A DNA stretch of 64,000 nucleotides from Candidatus Thorarchaeota archaeon (GTDB lineage: Archaea; Asgardarchaeota; Thorarchaeia; Thorarchaeales; Thorarchaeaceae): NCBI GenBank assembly GCA_016933575.1, contig JAFGAR010000064.1:1-64000 (forward strand), in the 5' to 3' direction. The position numbers were made by a program, and so were the translations under genes. The first letter of the stretch is position 1, and every line of letters begins with the position of its first letter. Under the pieces are notes generated by a model. That model worked only from the letters and a program-made list of their open reading frames with translations, had not been told where the DNA came from and did no database searches. Shown piece by piece: positions 1 through 8,982 of the stretch.

Positions 1-2
1 AA

Positions 3-734
3 TCAACTTGTGAAGACAATGAAGTAGAAATTGTGATCAATTCCACATTCAATGAAATTGTTCCTTATTGGCTTCTAATTAATTTCTGGCCACGTCTGTT
101 TGTTGATGTTTTCGGTTCAACTACTACAGGAGCGATATATGCAATTTCAATTTCAACAGATATTCTTGGAGATATGCAAATACATTCATTGTTCATATCA
201 ACTGAAGCAGAAGAGGGTCGAACAGCGGATCAGATTGAGGAAGATGGATACAACATAGTAGATATCACGCTTGATTTTATCGGACGCTATGCATCAATCA
301 TTGTTCTTGGTTCAGTTCTTGGCCTATTATGGAAAGCCATCGATAGTTTGTCGGCTATAATTGTTAACCTCCCCACGTTCTTAGCAGTGATTGGTTTGAT
401 GGCCTATTGGCTGGTAGCATTTGTTGGTTTCATCTTTATCATCGAATGGTTAGTTTCACCTGATGGAGATGGAAGAGATCCATGGGCAGGAGCTGGAGCT
501 ATGTTAGGATTGATGCTCGCCTTTTTTGCGGGTCCTCTTTGGGCTGCAATAACGGGATTATGGGCAATAGCTGGATGGTATGAAAAATGGAATCCATGGG
601 GTGGGTTTACTCAATCTAAGATGTGGAACTTTAAATGGTTCATTATCAGTTTTGTTACTAAGATTGTAGTACTTGTAGTATGCCTCCATTTCTTTGCAAG
701 GTACTACGCAATGGGAGTCAATTTAAGGATGTGA
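3..734 (+). CDS. Variable C-terminal 'tip' cassette 1 (multi-TM); frame open to the window edge, 5' end not visible
   Basis: Frame is stop-free from nt 3 (STCEDNEVEIVIN...). Carries PYWLLINFWP and STDILGD motifs shared with ORFs 4004, 5344 and 7391, then several hydrophobic helices. Confidence 0.75.
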   Translation, partial: STCEDNEVEIVINSTFNEIVPYWLLINFWPRLFVDVFGSTTTGAIYAISISTDILGDMQIHSLFISTEAEEGRTADQIEEDGYNIVDITLDFIGRYASIIVLGSVLGLLWKAIDSLSAIIVNLPTFLAVIGLMAYWLVAFVGFIFIIEWLVSPDGDGRDPWAGAGAMLGLMLAFFAGPLWAAITGLWAIAGWYEKWNPWGGFTQSKMWNFKWFIISFVTKIVVLVVCLHFFARYYAMGVNLRM

Positions 735-1279
735 AGGGTATATTGATAGCAATCATATTCATATTATTACTAGGTACAATTGTGGCTGTTTGTGATCATT
801 ACTACAAAAAACCGGAGCCCAATAGATTTTTTAAATGGCTAGGCGCAAAGCTGTTTGGTGCATATTTCCGTAGCTTGATGATTTGGGAGCTACTTGTTAT
901 CACAATTTTCATCGTTGCATATTTCGATTTGTTTAAGCCCGAGTATTACTTCTCCAGCTTTGCCTTGTTCTATTGGTTCATAGGAGTGTTCGGGCTTTTC
1001 ATGACTGCTCTCTGGAATCATCTTAGATACTATCCTGTTGATAAGAAAGAATACTACCTGGGGCAATATTTGATAGAAGTATCTAAAGAAAAAGCGGCGC
1101 ACAATGAAGAAATGACTTTGTTCTTCACAAAACTAATCGCAGACTTTGAAAATCAACATGAGCATGAAAACTATGCTGAATATGAAGCAGCAAAGACTTA
1201 CTTCTTAAAAAGTGATGATGCGGTTGGGATTCGATTCAGGAAAATATACAAGGAGTTAATAGATTCAGGAAGTGAATGA
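731..1279 (+). CDS. Membrane partner (immunity-like) protein of cassette 1
   Basis: GTG at 731 overlaps the upstream TGA (GTGA coupling) and is preferred to the ATG at 680. Three TM segments; C-terminal YFLKSDDAVG motif resembles those of ORFs 6806 and 9693. Confidence 0.7.
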   Translation: MKGILIAIIFILLLGTIVAVCDHYYKKPEPNRFFKWLGAKLFGAYFRSLMIWELLVITIFIVAYFDLFKPEYYFSSFALFYWFIGVFGLFMTALWNHLRYYPVDKKEYYLGQYLIEVSKEKAAHNEEMTLFFTKLIADFENQHEHENYAEYEAAKTYFLKSDDAVGIRFRKIYKELIDSGSE

Positions 1280-1543
1280 GTTCTATTTTGGGTAGGATTG
1301 GTAAATTCGCTTTCTGAAGAAAGTCAAATTCTTTTATGACTCTAGCAAATTTTCAAGAGATGGTATTCAGGTGGAATGCCTATTTTGGATGCTAAGATTG
1401 TTTCTTCATGTTCACACAACAAGTGTTCTTAGGAAAATATTTTGTTTTAGGATTTCCAACGATTACTGTTTTTCCGCTTTTGAGTTTTTAATGAAGAGGT
1501 TCCATTGATAAACACAGAAGACAAAAATAATACAAAAATCCGA

Positions 1544-1850
1544 GGACATGGGGGCAGTGGTCAATCCCGAGCAGGTCATCACCTGCAGCAGAATTTGATG
1601 CAGTACCTTCTATACAAATAATGATCTCTGGTATTGTTGCATTGGTTTTATGGGGAGCATTCAACATCACAAAATTGTACTCCGCAAGAGTAAATAGTTC
1701 AAAACCGTCTTTACTGAATTCCTAGAACGAGTACCCCTCAATCCCTTCCATGATGCAGGATATGGGGCCATTGTGTCAGGTCTTGCTCTTCTGGCCATTG
1801 GTTTTGGATTGATTGTGTTTGGAGTTCAATATGCTATGGGAATAATTTAA
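1544..1850 (+). pseudogene. Decayed tip cassette (stalk relic plus C-terminal TM remnant)
   Basis: 1544-1558 GGACATGGGGGCAGT is identical to 5901-5915 (DMGAVVNPEQVI vs DMGAVANPYRQI). Downstream frame reads KIVLRKSK*FKTVFTEFLERVPLNPF...FGVQYAMGII*, with an internal TAG at 1695 and TAA at 1848. Confidence 0.6.
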
Positions 1851-1865
1851 TCAGGAGATACATGT

Positions 1866-2267
1866 ATGGCATCACTAGAGGTGGAAAACGCACTCGTAAT
1901 TCTGGAGATTGCAAGCCGCGTTGGAAATTTGATATTATTACTTATACTTACATATCCAGTAAGGTATGATGGAAGAAGAAGTGGTGTGAAAATAAGATTA
2001 TTTTGGAAAGTAGTTCTTAGATTACCAATCGTAACGGCTCTTCTCTTGTTTTGGGTATGCTCATTTCTGGTATCCCCTCTACTATTGCCATATGTGTTTC
2101 AGTTCGAACTATTCAATGAAATCATAGCAAACTGGGCTGGAATAATCTTTCCAATTATACCCTCAGGATTAGTGATAATCGCACTTCTTTCAAAATACTA
2201 TCCTCCTATCAAAGAGTCTTTCAGAGATGATTTCATCCACCAAGGGGAGGTTGATGGCACCAACTGA
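1866..2267 (+). CDS. Small 3-TM partner (immunity-like) protein
   Basis: AGGAG RBS, 15 nt after the stop of the tip remnant; hydrophobic helices. Confidence 0.65.
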   Translation: MASLEVENALVILEIASRVGNLILLLILTYPVRYDGRRSGVKIRLFWKVVLRLPIVTALLLFWVCSFLVSPLLLPYVFQFELFNEIIANWAGIIFPIIPSGLVIIALLSKYYPPIKESFRDDFIHQGEVDGTN

Positions 2268-2315
2268 TACTGACGATATGATTGTGATGAAACGGGTAAG
2301 GCGTGGTGAAGATAT

Positions 2316-2621
2316 ATGCAACCTCTACTATTCTTCTCTTTGTTCATGTTCGCCTTTATGATATACCTTGATAATCGAGGCAAAAACGTCAAACCAGAAT
2401 CAATGATCCAAAAAATCGACTCAGTGCTCTTCTCCAGTGTCCGTCGGGCAATGGTTGTGTACTTCATTAGCGGCCTTGGAGTTCCTATTGACATCATTCT
2501 CTTTACCTATTCCGATTATTTGATCGAGCCCCTGTTATTCAGTGGTCTTTATTGCATCAGTTTACTGGTGGTGATCCTTGGTTCTGTTTTCTATGCTAGG
2601 AATCGTGAGAGAGGAAATTGA
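2316..2621 (+). CDS. Small 3-TM membrane protein (orphan partner-like)
   Basis: GGTGA upstream; 101 aa hydrophobic; same strand and context as the partners. Confidence 0.6.
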   Translation: MQPLLFFSLFMFAFMIYLDNRGKNVKPESMIQKIDSVLFSSVRRAMVVYFISGLGVPIDIILFTYSDYLIEPLLFSGLYCISLLVVILGSVFYARNRERGN

Positions 2622-2626
2622 AGTAA

Positions 2627-2836
2627 TGCAAAGCGAAACCTGAGTACAGCTCATCCAATAGGGAGCTCCAATCCCATTCTTTCAAGCCATTCCTGCCTTA
2701 TCCTACAGCAACATTCTTTATTTGGAAGGTTGTAGAGGTAATAACAATAGGTTCACTTGCAGTTAGATTTGTGATAATCGTGGCTGGTCTAATGCTGCTA
2801 TCAATTGTTTTGCAATACAGGGTAGGGAATTTTTAA
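2627..2836 (+). pseudogene. Start-less C-terminal tip remnant
   Basis: Open frame ...TFFIWKVVEVITIGSLAVRFVIIVAGLMLLSIVLQYRVGNF* ends 1 nt before ATG 2838. Its end resembles the other tip ends (QYAMGII*, RYYAMGVNLRM*). Confidence 0.45.
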
Positions 2837-2837
2837 A

Positions 2838-3212
2838 ATGATAGACATGATAGTAGGAATCGCTCTTCTGGCCTTTACTGGAGTCCTTATAATTTGCATT
2901 CCTGCGGTCATTGGAGGATTGACATTTCGATGGATTGGAGCATCCACTAATAATGTGAAGACATATGGAACCTATCAGACAAGGATGGATTACATATTTG
3001 ACATTATGTCTTTGATACCATCGTTCGTTGTCAGTTATGTTTGGAGCGCATATCTTCTGACATTTATCTTTGAGGTGTTGACAGGATATGCGCCTCTATA
3101 CACTGCAATTGGAGGAACAATTGTTATGTGGATTCTGTTAGCCTTATTCATCTGGAAGATACGTCAAATAAGGCATAACATGTTAGAAAATGGGCAATTC
3201 TCAAAGAACTAG
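2838..3212 (+). CDS. Small 3-TM partner (immunity-like) protein
   Basis: 124 aa, three hydrophobic helices, directly after a tip-like remnant. Confidence 0.65.
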   Translation: MIDMIVGIALLAFTGVLIICIPAVIGGLTFRWIGASTNNVKTYGTYQTRMDYIFDIMSLIPSFVVSYVWSAYLLTFIFEVLTGYAPLYTAIGGTIVMWILLALFIWKIRQIRHNMLENGQFSKN

Positions 3213-3218
3213 ACTACA

Positions 3219-3530
3219 ATGAGGCAAACCTCATTCAAATGCAATGGAGAATGCTCACTGCTTGCTCTAAACAAGGCTGATGCGAATCGTTGTGCTATTC
3301 TCGATATGCAGGAAAAAACTTCTGGTGTAAAGTCACTAACGAAGTACTTTGAAGAAACCTACTACAAAGGGAACAAGGTAAACACGGGTTGGGAGAGCCG
3401 GAAGCACTTTAGACTCATGTTCGGGTAGCTCGTGGTCTTCCTTACGATTGTGTTTGTAGCAGCAGGTATATTGCTTGGATGGTTCGACTCATGGAAGGTA
3501 AACAACGTAGGTTCTCAAATGGCAACATAA
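3219..3530 (+). pseudogene. Decayed tip C-terminus with internal TAG
   Basis: GVKSLTKYFEETYYKGNKVNTGWESRKHFRLMFG*LVVFLTIVFVAAGILLGWFDSW...* aligns with the end of ORF 7391 (GWTRITQYW...ETGWKGR + TM). TAG at 3426, true end TAA at 3528. Confidence 0.6.
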
Positions 3531-3550
3531 GTTACTAGGAAGGTGTAAGT

Positions 3551-3937
3551 ATGAGCTACTATGAATTTGGAGTATTCGTGATAGTTCTCACATGTGGTCT
3601 CTTACTCTGGTTACTACTGCGCAACTATCGTTGGATAGCGGTACGTCTCTCACGCTCTTTAGCTCAGAAAGGACAAGACACCAGCGGCATTAGGGGCTCT
3701 TGGTATGTCCAGAACATTTCCACAGTGTGGAGATCGCGTATCTATCACGTCATGGAGATAACTCTGCCAGCTGCAACAGTAATCATACTTGCAATAGCTC
3801 TGATACCATCATCTGGTTATGAACTGGCATTGCTCTTCTTAGTCATGTTTCCACTACTTGTGTTTGAGGGGTTCATGATGGGCTCGAGGATTTACAAGAT
3901 GCGGCTATCACCAGTAGTGAGTGAAGAAAAAGTATAG
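3551..3937 (+). CDS. Small 3-TM partner (immunity-like) protein
   Basis: AGGAAGGTG RBS; N-terminal TM, soluble loop, two further TMs. Confidence 0.65.
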   Translation: MSYYEFGVFVIVLTCGLLLWLLLRNYRWIAVRLSRSLAQKGQDTSGIRGSWYVQNISTVWRSRIYHVMEITLPAATVIILAIALIPSSGYELALLFLVMFPLLVFEGFMMGSRIYKMRLSPVVSEEKV

Positions 3938-4003
3938 GTGGCTATTACCTAGTCCTAACAACGCAGAAGACTACTAAATGCATATAGGAAAGTCGGTGCA
4001 GAC

Positions 4004-4897
4004 TTGTTGTTCTCCATGGCAGTGAAGGGATTCATGGGTCAGGGGTATGCGTCAAACCCCATGCTGGACATGCGCATCTATGATATCAACACGGTTGCAC
4101 AACCGAATAGAGTGGTTCCCGAAGCTCCGACACCAGAAGAGCCTACGGACTGTGATGGAACTACGTCTCTATCTGTTGAAACTACAGAAGCTATGGAGGA
4201 TGATTTTACAGCGTCGTCATTACGCATTGTCACATACTGGGCAGGATTGTGGCCTCTCCTCCACTTTTTTGTTGATGCGCCGCTTGCCCCTGATCAGATA
4301 CCTGAAGAACATCCTGCTAAACCTGCACAGGGAAAAATGCTACATTTTCATACAGCAAAGAACCTCCTTGGAAATATTGAGCAACAGGAAGTTTATACTC
4401 TTGGAGATAGCTCCTTCGGAAAGCCTAGTGATGCCATTATAGGCCAGCAAGTCGCTCTCTTAGCTACCATAATAAAAGGATCATTAAATCTCGCTCTAAT
4501 AGGTCTGGAAATCGCAGCGACAGCAGGCATAGCACCTGCAATAGTAGCATTTATTGCATCTACGGTCATATTGACCTTAGCGTTTTTTGGGATGTACCAT
4601 TGGTACACACAAATGATGCTCGAAAAAGGTAGTTGGACACACTACACATGTTTTTGGGTTTGGCTTGTGTTGGGATTAGGATTTATTTTGCAAATGGTAT
4701 TTAATGCCGTCGCAGCATTATTCTTAGGCTTGATTGCGCCAATGACACCTGTTGCAAAAGTAGCATCAGAGTGGTTAGCAGGACTTAATCCGTTTAGAGC
4801 TATAGCTTCAGGAGCTAAGCTGGCATTCTTCTATATGCTTGCAATGGCAGTATATTGCTTCGACATAGCTATCAGGCATCTGATACAATCATTCTAA
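4004..4897 (+). CDS. Variable C-terminal tip cassette (N-truncated, multi-TM)
   Basis: Begins with a diverged junction (GYASNPMLDMRIYDINTVAQPNRVVPE); YWAGLWPLLH and NLLGN motifs; about 4 TM helices; start uncertain (TTG or internal ATG). Confidence 0.75.
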   Translation: MLFSMAVKGFMGQGYASNPMLDMRIYDINTVAQPNRVVPEAPTPEEPTDCDGTTSLSVETTEAMEDDFTASSLRIVTYWAGLWPLLHFFVDAPLAPDQIPEEHPAKPAQGKMLHFHTAKNLLGNIEQQEVYTLGDSSFGKPSDAIIGQQVALLATIIKGSLNLALIGLEIAATAGIAPAIVAFIASTVILTLAFFGMYHWYTQMMLEKGSWTHYTCFWVWLVLGLGFILQMVFNAVAALFLGLIAPMTPVAKVASEWLAGLNPFRAIASGAKLAFFYMLAMAVYCFDIAIRHLIQSF

Positions 4898-4920
4898 AAT
4901 CAAGGAGGAGATGGTGAATA

Positions 4921-5298
4921 GTGGAAATTGTACTATTTCTTGTTTATATCGTTACTATTGTAATATTCATCTTGCCTACTCTGCTATTTCAGGGGATAAG
5001 GCTTCGTCGCACATTGCAGACAATGGGTGTTGCAGTCAGACCCGAATCGAAGTACGAGACTCGGGCTAGTAGAACAATACAAGGTAAATACAGTGACCTA
5101 ATTCAATTAGTAGTATTTGTGATACCAATATTCACCTGCTTCCTTGGACTCATCCTCTGGCCTACAATTCTTCAAGAACCTATCTCAAGTTACGTGACGT
5201 TTCTAATCCTATTCATGATAGTCATATACCTCTCTATTGTACCACTACGTCTGTTCATAGAGAGATGGGTGAGATACAGGCTCTCCGACGCACCATAA
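4921..5298 (+). CDS. Small 3-TM partner (immunity-like) protein
   Basis: AGGAGGAG...GGTGA RBS, GTG start 23 nt after the tip stop. Confidence 0.7.
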   Translation: MEIVLFLVYIVTIVIFILPTLLFQGIRLRRTLQTMGVAVRPESKYETRASRTIQGKYSDLIQLVVFVIPIFTCFLGLILWPTILQEPISSYVTFLILFMIVIYLSIVPLRLFIERWVRYRLSDAP

Positions 5299-5343
5299 CT
5301 GTTTCTTCCAAAAACGCACTAAGCAAAAGGGCACGGGAGATAC

Positions 5344-6798
5344 TTGGAAACACGGATTCACGATATCAACGTCGTAGCGGACTTGAAGTGGAATCAACGT
5401 GCTGTAACACTCCTGGATCCATGCGATACTATGGATAACTTTGAGAAGGATCCTAATTTCGGATGGGGCACGGTTTCAGCAGGAGAACTCTATGTTCCCT
5501 CCGGTCAGAGCTATATGACCTCTACTGGTATCCCTACAACTCCCGCAGGTTGGCACGGACCTACATATGTCTATGAACTTGAAGCTCCCTTCAGTCTGTA
5601 CAACCTGTACCTCTTTAGTATTCATGGTGAACTATTTCAGTACTATGACCAGATGGGGCTCACAGAGATCGCCCTGTTCGATGTGGACAAACAACCAGTG
5701 TTGTACATGTACTGGGGTGATTCGTGGCTTGGAGAAAATAAGGGATATTTCCATGTAGTCTACTATCCACAGGGTGGAAGTGCGGTCTCCGACACAACCG
5801 GGTACATCTATACCTCCTTCTACCGTATCGGTGAGTTCAGGGTGATCGGTGGTCATGTGACCTATAAGATCAAGGACCCGGGTGGAACCCTCCAGAGCGG
5901 GGACATGGGGGCAGTAGCCAACCCCTATCGCCAGATCAAGTACCTTGCTATCCGGATGGAGCGCTACTCTGGTTACGCTATGAACGACATGCGCCTTCAC
6001 GCTGTCAACCTCTATGCTGACCAGGAGACCCTGGTGCCGGAGCCGGAGGCTGCGGATGGAACTCCAGAAGGATATAATCCTTGTCCAGAAGCGACGAGTT
6101 TTGTTGATTTATTGGTTGGCATGGCAATTGCTAATACTGTTTCGTGGTGGACTGGTTGGTGGCCTCTACTACACTCAAGAACTACAGGTACACTTGCATC
6201 TGGGGCAACATATGCATATCAAATGTCTGTAGATCTTCTTAGTAATGTTGCTATGGAAGATTTTGCTGTAGATACTCCAGCGGATGACCAGCTGACTGAC
6301 GAACAAATCAATCTAATGGCTCAGACTAGTGTTTTGGACCTCTTTGCTGAAGCTTTCACTATTGATGCTGCTATTCTTTGGGGTGCATCGATTGTTATGG
6401 GTACAATTGACATACTTCTTGCGGTAATTACGAAAGTTCCTACTCCACCACAGCTTGTGTTACTAGCTGTTCTTGTCTTAGCATATACTGGAGCTATGCT
6501 TTTAGGACTTGCTGCACTCTGGGAAGGCTTATTATCAGGAAGAATATCTGCATCTGCTGCGTACGCTATTTTAGTAGTAACACTTACATCTTTGGTTTTC
6601 GAAGGTATTCTTGCAAGTATAAATGGATGGAAAATTTTCGCAGATTGGTGGAACCACTACAAACAGGCAAGCAAGAAGCTCTGGGCAAAAAGATATTGCT
6701 TCATGTCCTGGGTGATTTTTTGTGTGAAGATGATGTTTATAGCCATTGTACTTGCAATGACAGTCAGGGTCTACGACTTCTGGATTCAGGGATATTGA
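5344..6798 (+). CDS. Longest tip cassette: one ~213-aa beta-rich stalk repeat + junction + variable multi-TM tip
   Basis: TTG start inside a repeat-end motif (TRIHDINVVAD); a second motif (MRLHAVNLYAD) lies 213 codons later; WWTGWWPLLH, VDLLSN; hydrophobic C-terminal half; no signal peptide. Confidence 0.8.
   Translation: METRIHDINVVADLKWNQRAVTLLDPCDTMDNFEKDPNFGWGTVSAGELYVPSGQSYMTSTGIPTTPAGWHGPTYVYELEAPFSLYNLYLFSIHGELFQYYDQMGLTEIALFDVDKQPVLYMYWGDSWLGENKGYFHVVYYPQGGSAVSDTTGYIYTSFYRIGEFRVIGGHVTYKIKDPGGTLQSGDMGAVANPYRQIKYLAIRMERYSGYAMNDMRLHAVNLYADQETLVPEPEAADGTPEGYNPCPEATSFVDLLVGMAIANTVSWWTGWWPLLHSRTTGTLASGATYAYQMSVDLLSNVAMEDFAVDTPADDQLTDEQINLMAQTSVLDLFAEAFTIDAAILWGASIVMGTIDILLAVITKVPTPPQLVLLAVLVLAYTGAMLLGLAALWEGLLSGRISASAAYAILVVTLTSLVFEGILASINGWKIFADWWNHYKQASKKLWAKRYCFMSWVIFCVKMMFIAIVLAMTVRVYDFWIQGY
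5938..6060 (+). repeat. Junction repeat copy A (123 bp)
   Basis: 112/123 nt identical to 7373-7495 by manual codon comparison. Confidence 0.95.
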
Positions 6799-6805
6799 GG
6801 ATGGT

Positions 6806-7345
6806 GTGATGATGATCGGTCTGTCTTTGTTACTTGGCGCAATGACACTTTTCATTGCATTATTGATACTAGAGATAATCATCAGGTTTCAGAGAGGGAG
6901 TTCTCTTCAACGAAACTACACCCGGATTGCCACCTCACCCAATCTCAATCTTGTTCTCTACGAACTTGTAGCTATCCTTGTCACGATTGGACTCCCACTC
7001 TATATAGAAGAGAGTCAACATCCCTTCTTGATAGAGGTCTGGCCAACGGTAATCCAGAGAATGACTATAGGATTGATGAGTGTTGTTGGAGTATTGGTGA
7101 TTCACATAGTTCGATATGGACGTCTAGGTCTTGATAAGAGATACGCACAAAGAATCTATGATGTTGCAGCCTCAAATGCGGAGTACGATGAAATACCTGA
7201 AAGAGGTCTAGAAGAGGCAATTGCTTTAGTGAATACTCTGAGATCCAACAGTCCAGCAGCTACCGAAAGAGGATTCCTCGAATATCTCTCATCTCGTGAT
7301 GATAGATTGGGTGAAATTGCTAGAGAGAAACTTGTAGCTATATGA
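6806..7345 (+). CDS. Membrane partner (immunity-like) protein with soluble C-terminal helical domain
   Basis: 7 nt after the tip stop; 3 TM; C-terminal FLEYLSSRDDRLGEIAR motif. Confidence 0.7.
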   Translation: MMMIGLSLLLGAMTLFIALLILEIIIRFQRGSSLQRNYTRIATSPNLNLVLYELVAILVTIGLPLYIEESQHPFLIEVWPTVIQRMTIGLMSVVGVLVIHIVRYGRLGLDKRYAQRIYDVAASNAEYDEIPERGLEEAIALVNTLRSNSPAATERGFLEYLSSRDDRLGEIAREKLVAI

Positions 7346-7372
7346 TCCATAGATAGAATATCGTTTTTCGAG

Positions 7373-7495
7373 AAGTACCTTGCCATCCGGATGGAACGCG
7401 CCTCTGGCTACACCATGAACGACATGCGCCTCCACACGGTCAACCTCTACGCTGACCAGGAGACCCTGGTGCCGGAGCCGGAGGCTGCGGATGGA
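7373..7495 (+). repeat. Junction repeat copy B (123 bp, 77/123 GC)
   Basis: Encodes KYLAIRMERASGYTMNDMRLHTVNLYADQETLVPEPEAADG; starts 27 nt after the previous partner's stop. Confidence 0.95.
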
Positions 7496-8230
7496 TCATA
7501 CCAATCTATGAGCGAGCATGATACATCTGAAGGCAATCCTTATGTTAATCAGGCAGATAATTCCGTAGAAGTATATTGGACTGGATGGTGGCCTGAAGTT
7601 CATGTTTTAATTACTCAAGAATTATCAGTAGTTTGCAGTGTTTTCCTACACGTTAAGGTGGACCTAATAGGAAGTTTTGATGTGGTTGAAAGTGATTCAA
7701 ACTTTTTTGGACTTCAAGCAATGACCACAACTGATCAGGAACAAGCTGAAGAAGATACGGAGGATATGGCGGATTCAATTTGGAGTGATCTATCAAATGT
7801 ACTTGCCGTAGCAGTAGCAATTTCATCGTTGGCGTTAGTAGTATGTACAATTCTCATGCAAATTACCGGTGTTTGGCAACCTTGGCTACTCTCGCTTATG
7901 TTTTGGTTTGGGTCAGTCCTTGCTTTGATGGTCGAGCTCTACAACCAATGCATATCCAATGATATAACTGGTCCATTTGCAGCTTTGAAATACTTCATCA
8001 TGGTTTGCTCACTCCTAGGAGTTGTTGTTGGGTCCTTAGGTACGTTATGGATGATTGGGTGCAGGGGATGGACACGAATAACACAATACTGGACACACGG
8101 AAGATACTTCAAAATAAATTCGGAAACAGGATGGAAGGGACGTTCAAGTTCGGGTAATCTTATCGCTGCCTTGGTCTTATTGGGAGTGTTATTATTGCTA
8201 TCGTATTCATTATATACATATAACGAATAA
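7391..8230 (+). CDS. Variable C-terminal tip cassette (N-truncated, multi-TM)
   Basis: The start Met is internal to the junction repeat; YWTGWWPEVH, VDLIGS, acidic linker, about 4 TM. Confidence 0.8.
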   Translation: MERASGYTMNDMRLHTVNLYADQETLVPEPEAADGSYQSMSEHDTSEGNPYVNQADNSVEVYWTGWWPEVHVLITQELSVVCSVFLHVKVDLIGSFDVVESDSNFFGLQAMTTTDQEQAEEDTEDMADSIWSDLSNVLAVAVAISSLALVVCTILMQITGVWQPWLLSLMFWFGSVLALMVELYNQCISNDITGPFAALKYFIMVCSLLGVVVGSLGTLWMIGCRGWTRITQYWTHGRYFKINSETGWKGRSSSGNLIAALVLLGVLLLLSYSLYTYNE

Positions 8231-8237
8231 TTAAGAG

Positions 8238-8648
8238 GTGAACATAGTGGAAATAATGATTTGGTTACCTATTGGAATTGCATTAGCAATTGCATGCTTT
8301 CTGTTTTTTGGGTATGCCTTTGCACGGGGGGTTGCTGTAATAGCTGACCAAAGAAGGGGTTTAAGTCGTGAGATTGCGGGATTTTCAAAGGTATATGTGC
8401 TAGCAATGAAACGGATATCAACTGAGATTGTGTTCTACTTACTCCTTTTTGTCCTACCAGTTATTAGTGTATTTTTACCTGGAATGATAATTGCACCAGA
8501 AGAATCAATCCAACTAGTCTTTGATAACTGGTACGCCTTTATTGCATTAGTTGTTTTTGCATTTGCATTCCCACTTTGCATGAAGCCTACAGGCGAAGAG
8601 AAAGACGAGTTTGAATTTGAAGACTCTAGAATTCATAACAATAACTAG
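8238..8648 (+). CDS. Small 3-TM partner (immunity-like) protein
   Basis: GTG start 7 nt after the tip stop; three hydrophobic helices. Confidence 0.7.
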   Translation: MNIVEIMIWLPIGIALAIACFLFFGYAFARGVAVIADQRRGLSREIAGFSKVYVLAMKRISTEIVFYLLLFVLPVISVFLPGMIIAPEESIQLVFDNWYAFIALVVFAFAFPLCMKPTGEEKDEFEFEDSRIHNNN

Positions 8649-8650
8649 AA

Positions 8651-8868
8651 CCATCCAGCTCCAGCGGTACTCAGCTGACGCCATGAACGACATGCGGTCC
8701 ACGACATCAATCACTACGCTGACCAGAATACACTGAAGCCGGAACCGGAGGTGATGGATGGGACTAGCGATTCTCAGAACGCTGTGAATCATGTTGGAAT
8801 CAATCAATTCACAGATAACATTGAAAGTGATGTTGTGGTCTGCTATAGATTGGTGGCGAGATCTTCAT
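8651..8868 (+). pseudogene. Frameshifted tip relic with degenerate junction repeat copy C
   Basis: IQLQRYSADAMNDMR/(1-nt deletion)/HDINHYADQNTLKPEPEVMDGT, then WWRDLH at 8851-8868 in another frame. Confidence 0.75.
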
Positions 8869-8982
8869 CCCTTTTCAAGATGGAGAGCATTCTTATGATG
8901 ATGGATATATCAGAAGAGATGAATTCAAATCTCCAAAGGATTATATCTGGATATGGCGGATAGATTTGTGGAAGTGTAGAGT

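Noticed and set aside
680-730. ATG 680 as start of the partner gene
   Set aside because: It overlaps the upstream tip by 55 nt; GTG 731 coupled to the stop gives a cleaner N-terminal TM start.
1280-1543. Possible decayed partner gene (hydrophobic fragments such as MPILDAKIVFFMF...)
   Set aside because: Multiple stops and no alignable motif; too weak to call.
8751-8963. 70-aa ORF as a real gene
   Set aside because: It is part of a frameshifted tip relic; the conserved WW..LH motif lies in another frame.
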